From Vicugna vicugna (Eukaryota), in NCBI GenBank assembly GCA_013265495.1, contig MU057651.1:744001-808000 (forward strand): DNA of 64,000 nt, given 5' to 3'. Below are positions 59,801 through 64,000 of this stretch, piece by piece. Made by a program: the position numbers and the translations under genes. Numbering within the stretch: position 1 is the stretch's first letter; the number at the start of each line of letters is the position of its first letter. The notes beneath the pieces were generated by a model that did no database searches, had not been told where the DNA came from, and saw nothing but the letters and a program-made list of their open reading frames with translations.

Positions 59801-60824
59801 TTTTAAACAAGAAGTGAGCCAAGCTGTGCCACTCCCCCACAGTGTCCAGCTCCCACTCCCAGCCTCTAAAAATGTCCCCTTCAAGACAGGGTGTTCCAGC
59901 ATCTAAGACAATTTCAAATCCCCAAAGCCATGAGCTTTTGCTGTTTAGAAGTTGAATTAGGATCAGAAATGCTGAAAAGACATGGAAGGGTTGTTGCATT
60001 CTTTGCAAAAAGTTTCATGCAATTGTGGCATGATTGACACCCCTTCTAGAACACCCTCCCTCTCCCATCCTTCCAAATCTCCCACCGTTCTTCCTGCCAC
60101 GCCTACTTTCCCCTTTATCTCTTTCATAAAGTTGCGTGCGAGAAGGGGCAATGCCTAGGTTGTTTCAATTTGTTTTTTGTTTTTACCTCAAGTCCAGGAT
60201 TCAATCCATTCTTTTACACTAAAGAAATCCCACTCTAACCCCCTTCCCCTGCCCAGTCTATTTGGCACAAGGTTCATTCCAGTATTTCCAATTCCCTCCA
60301 AGGTAAGGTTGACAGTTCCAGCTCTGGGAATCTTTGGTAATTAGGGAGCATCTACAAATGACCCTAGGCTGTGTAGCAACACCAACAGTCAAGCCAGCCA
60401 AGCAGGTGCCCTAGACCTAGATGGCCTTGAAACTACATGCATGTGTTAGTGGATGCGAACCCGTCTTTCAGGAGGGCATTGGTAGCTTTCTTTCATCAGA
60501 CTTTCAAGGAGGTCCTTAGTCCACAAGATGTTAATAATGACCAACATGGAGGGACTGGGGTGACTGAATCACCCACTGGGTATCCAGGCAGAACACCCAG
60601 TCCCCCGGTTTCCAGCTGGCTGCGGGGCTTGGTGAATCACACACCCGTACACTCAAGAGGAATGGAGATAGAGAGAGACAGCGAAGCATGGCCTTTCAGG
60701 GCTCCACTAGAAACCTGCCCCTCTGCTAAAGCTGCCACAGAAAGCCCACACAAGTCAGGCCGGCACGTGACCTCCAAGTCCCACTGAAGGAGCCACACTC
60801 CCCTGCAGTACACAAGACAACTAG

Positions 60825-61010
60825 GTCTAGTAGAAAGAGCACTAGGAGGCAGCAGATCTGAGTTTTAGCTTTTGGGATGACTTCTGTTCTGTCATGTGGT
60901 AGCTGTGTGACCTTAGGCAGCTCGCCTCACTTCTCTGGTCCTCATTTTCCTCATCCAAACAGAAAGTTTGCACCAGAAGAACTTCAAAAGGCACTTGCAG
61001 CTCTACCATG
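60825..61010 (+). mobile_element. MIR SINE (MIR3/MIRc-like)
   Basis: 'agtagaaagagcactaggaggcagcagatctgagttttag...gctgtgtgaccttaggcag...cctcattttcctcatc'. Confidence 0.8.
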
Positions 61011-62103
61011 CTATGAACCTCCCCTCTCAGACAGGCACTTCCACTAAGCTCTCCAGAACAGAGAATGACTTCTCTCTCCCTTTCCGGTATCACATCTTAA
61101 AGACACACAATTTTCTCTCGTGGCTAACCTAAATCCTTCCTGCTGCAAGTGAAGCTGGCCGCTGGCATGCAGAGAATGGCTGGTGTGAGTACAGAGCACT
61201 GTGGACTACTAACTCGACTGCCTCCACATTAGTCTCTACCCCAAACCAGTTTCCAGTGATTCTTAGCTGTTAATCCTCAAGAACTCCATTCTTCTTTCAA
61301 GGCAGCCTTGTAAAGAAAAGAGGGGATTAATGAAGAGTCAAGGGAGCAAGGGAGGGTCAATGGTCACATGAATGTTTTTTCTTTTGCCTTTAAATTTCCT
61401 TAAAGATGGCTATTGGCAAAATGGACCCCGGAAATTGTGCTCAAGAACTGCAAACAGACTCTGGCCCAAATGGGGCCCTGGGGACCCTGGAGATGAGCCC
61501 TGCAGCAGCCAGCTTTCCAAGATGACCCTTTAGAACTGCTTCTGCAGGAGGATGAGTCTGATGGTTAAAAGCAACTTTCCAAGTACATTTAATTCCCACC
61601 TCCTGGGTGCTCTGGTCAGCAGGGTGTGTTTAGATTGATGGGATTTTTCTTGAGGCTGTACTGATGATACCTCTGCACCAGGAAATTAAAGGCCACACTG
61701 AAATTGTCAGGATGTGAAAGGAAATAAGCCCAGAGAACTGAGTCACCCAAGGTTGAATAAGGATAGGTCTTTGCAGTCAAAGCAGAGCAGAGAACTGAGG
61801 CCGTCTGCCCAGTAACAACAGAAAAACAGGACAGGGGCCTGAACTATCAGGATACCTGCCTCAATTCTTCACTTCCCTTTCATAACAACCTGGAGTTTAT
61901 AGAAAGCCTTTCTTCTAAGGAGCACAAAATACTTGCAGAGATATTATCTTAGTTGTCATCACACCATCACAGTTGGTGAGAACAATGAGTATTATCAGCC
62001 TCATTCTACACACGCAGGAAGGAGAGTCTAGGGGGCTGAAGTGACTCATCCAAGTTGACCCAGCAAGATACTACTGACAGCCTCAGCGGGAAACGCTCTT
62101 GCC

Positions 62104-62406
62104 CAGTGTTGCCCAAAGAGTGTTCTTCCTCACACCAGCCCAGCCAAATGCTTGTTGGTACACCAGGTTCTGTGGGCAAATATGCCTGGGAAATGCTATA
62201 TCGGCTATGCTCCTGGAGAGTCACAATATACACTAGCCCAGTGAAGGCTTTAAGAAGTTCTGCAATAAACAAACCTGTTTCTGTTTAAGCAAGAATTTCT
62301 CAGAGTAAACTTGACCACAAAACTCTGTGTGTGTGTGTGTGTGGTGTGGTGTGGTGTGTGTGTGTGTGGTGTGGTGTGTGTGTGTGTGCTGTGGTGTGTG
62401 TGGTGT

Positions 62407-62447
<41 letters not shown>

Positions 62448-62503
62448 CACCTACTAACATCCTATGGAATGAGTCTTTTTTGGAACCCACATTGGGAAGC
62501 ACT
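62104..62503. mobile_element. MER113-like hAT-Charlie element containing an expanded (GT)n/(GTGGT)n microsatellite (62325-62445)
   Basis: Ends 'cagtgttgcccaaagagtgttc' / 'gaacccacattgggaagcactg'; internal 'aaggctttaagaagttctgcaataaacaaacctgttt'. Confidence 0.7.
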
Positions 62504-63639
62504 GTCCTAGCCCCTAGACTAATCTGAGTATCAGCATAGCAAGAGAGCAAATTCCATTCCAGCCTAAGCTGTGGGGGAAGTTTTTTAGAGATATTGCCTG
62601 ATACCCTGGTATTGACAGCCAATGAGTAAAGGACCTTGATGCACCCAAAGGGCCCCAGGCTATCTTTTCCTCTGCAGCAGGGCATTGGCCAGACCAGGGA
62701 GGAAGTCGATTCAAGATCACCTCTGTCTGCTGGCACTCCTTTCAAATAGAACCCAGGGCTATTTTTGGTCTTCATTTAAAGGAGGAGATGCTCAGGATGC
62801 TGGTCCAAACCCTCAGAGCCCACACTCATTTAATGAGCAGAATTTTGTGCCCACCAGGCACTTCCAGTAGAAATCATCCATCTCTTAGGTTCGTTTTCAG
62901 GGCCATCCATCAGCCCATGCAATCAGCACCAGCACAACGAAACAGGAGACTCGGAATGTGCCCCTATTCTGGCTTAATTGCATGAGTATTGGAGCAGTCA
63001 TCGTATCCCCATTTCAGAACTAACATACGGCACAGAAATCTTCTGCTATTGTTAATTACCAGTGACACTACTAAAATTACCTAAAATGTAAAACTCCCTG
63101 AAGATCCTGTCCTGATTAATTTGTATTTTATATTACAATTCAAGTGATAAAAAAATCACAATGGATTTAATATTTATCTCTGCCATTTTCATGTTTTCTT
63201 TTAGTATTTATTAGACATCCACCATGAGGGAGATGCTTCCTTTGAAACTGGTAAATTTGTGTGCAAAAAGTAAGTGTAATGCGAGTATACCTTTCTGTCT
63301 CTATCCACTGTCTATGTGAACAATTCTGTGTAAGTGGATTTTTGGTAAAAATATTCACTGTAAAGGTCACAGGGGCACCGTTATTTAAGATGATCTGATT
63401 ATGAATCCTTGGGTAAAGCAACAAATTCTGCAATGTTCTCTTACTGTTCATCTAGTTCATTTGCCTTGTAAATCCATACTTACACATATCACATCTGCTT
63501 CAAGCAAAACCCACTAATATTAACAAGTGAGCTAGACATTTCTTAAGATGAGGATGTGCTCTGATCCTTATCAGTCTGCAGCACTGGCTCCTTTTGGATT
63601 CACCATTAATCACCATCCCAGCCCAGGGAGATTCATTCT

Positions 63640-64000
63640 GAGTTTGTTGAGAATGTGACAGTAACACTTCTGAGAATTCCCTGTAGTCTTACTTAACTAT
63701 GACTCCTCTGCCTTTATACATGCTGTTCCTTCAACTTAGCCACCTGGTGAATTAATTCTTCAAGATTCACTCAAATGTTACTTGCCCTGTGAAGCCTTTC
63801 TTGATCGTACTCCCCACCCCCAGCCAGGCATCCCTCTTCCATGCTCTCAAAATACCCTGCCTGGCTCTTGTCATCCTCTCCTATAATTATCTGTTTACAC
63901 ATTCTATCTTATCTATCAGACTGTGCACTCCCTGCGAGCTGAGATGATGTTTTATTCATTTATTCATTTCTGTGCTTCCAATCCCTAACACCACTGGCAC
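63640..64000 (+). mobile_element. L2 3' fragment running to the window end
   Basis: 'ctctgcctttatacatgctgttccttc...gtgaagcctttcttga...tcagactgtgcactccctg'. Confidence 0.7.

Noticed and set aside
62233..62775. Longest ORF (180 aa) with an HT-rich tract
   Set aside because: Stays open because it crosses a (GT)n/(GTGGT)n microsatellite inside MER113; no recognisable domain.

Overview
Mammalian non-coding DNA (intronic or intergenic) with no recognisable protein-coding gene, RNA gene, CpG island or CRISPR array. A large share of the window is transposable-element remnants. Old pan-mammalian families are MIR, L2, L3/CR1, old L1, MLT1, MER5, MER102, MER103, MER113 and Charlie4-like elements. Younger insertions are artiodactyl-type L1 3' ends, a Tigger2-derived MITE, two ERV1-type solo LTRs with 4-bp TSDs, and four tRNA-Ala(AGC)-derived SINEs matching the camelid vic-1 type, so the source is probably a camel, alpaca or llama (inference). 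The ORF track is explained by L1 remnants, microsatellites and chance. The most notable structures are a perfect 24-bp inverted repeat with a 4-nt loop (23505-23556), a 511-bp tandem duplication with a single mismatch (26181-27204), SINE copies with variable G-rich 5' leaders including a G-quadruplex motif, stacked and nested retroinsertions with readable TSDs, and several repeat-free blocks with enhancer-like or exon-like signals. Family names come from recalled consensus sequences, not a database search, and repeat boundaries without a TSD or TIR are approximate. I found no convincing novel multi-gene system.
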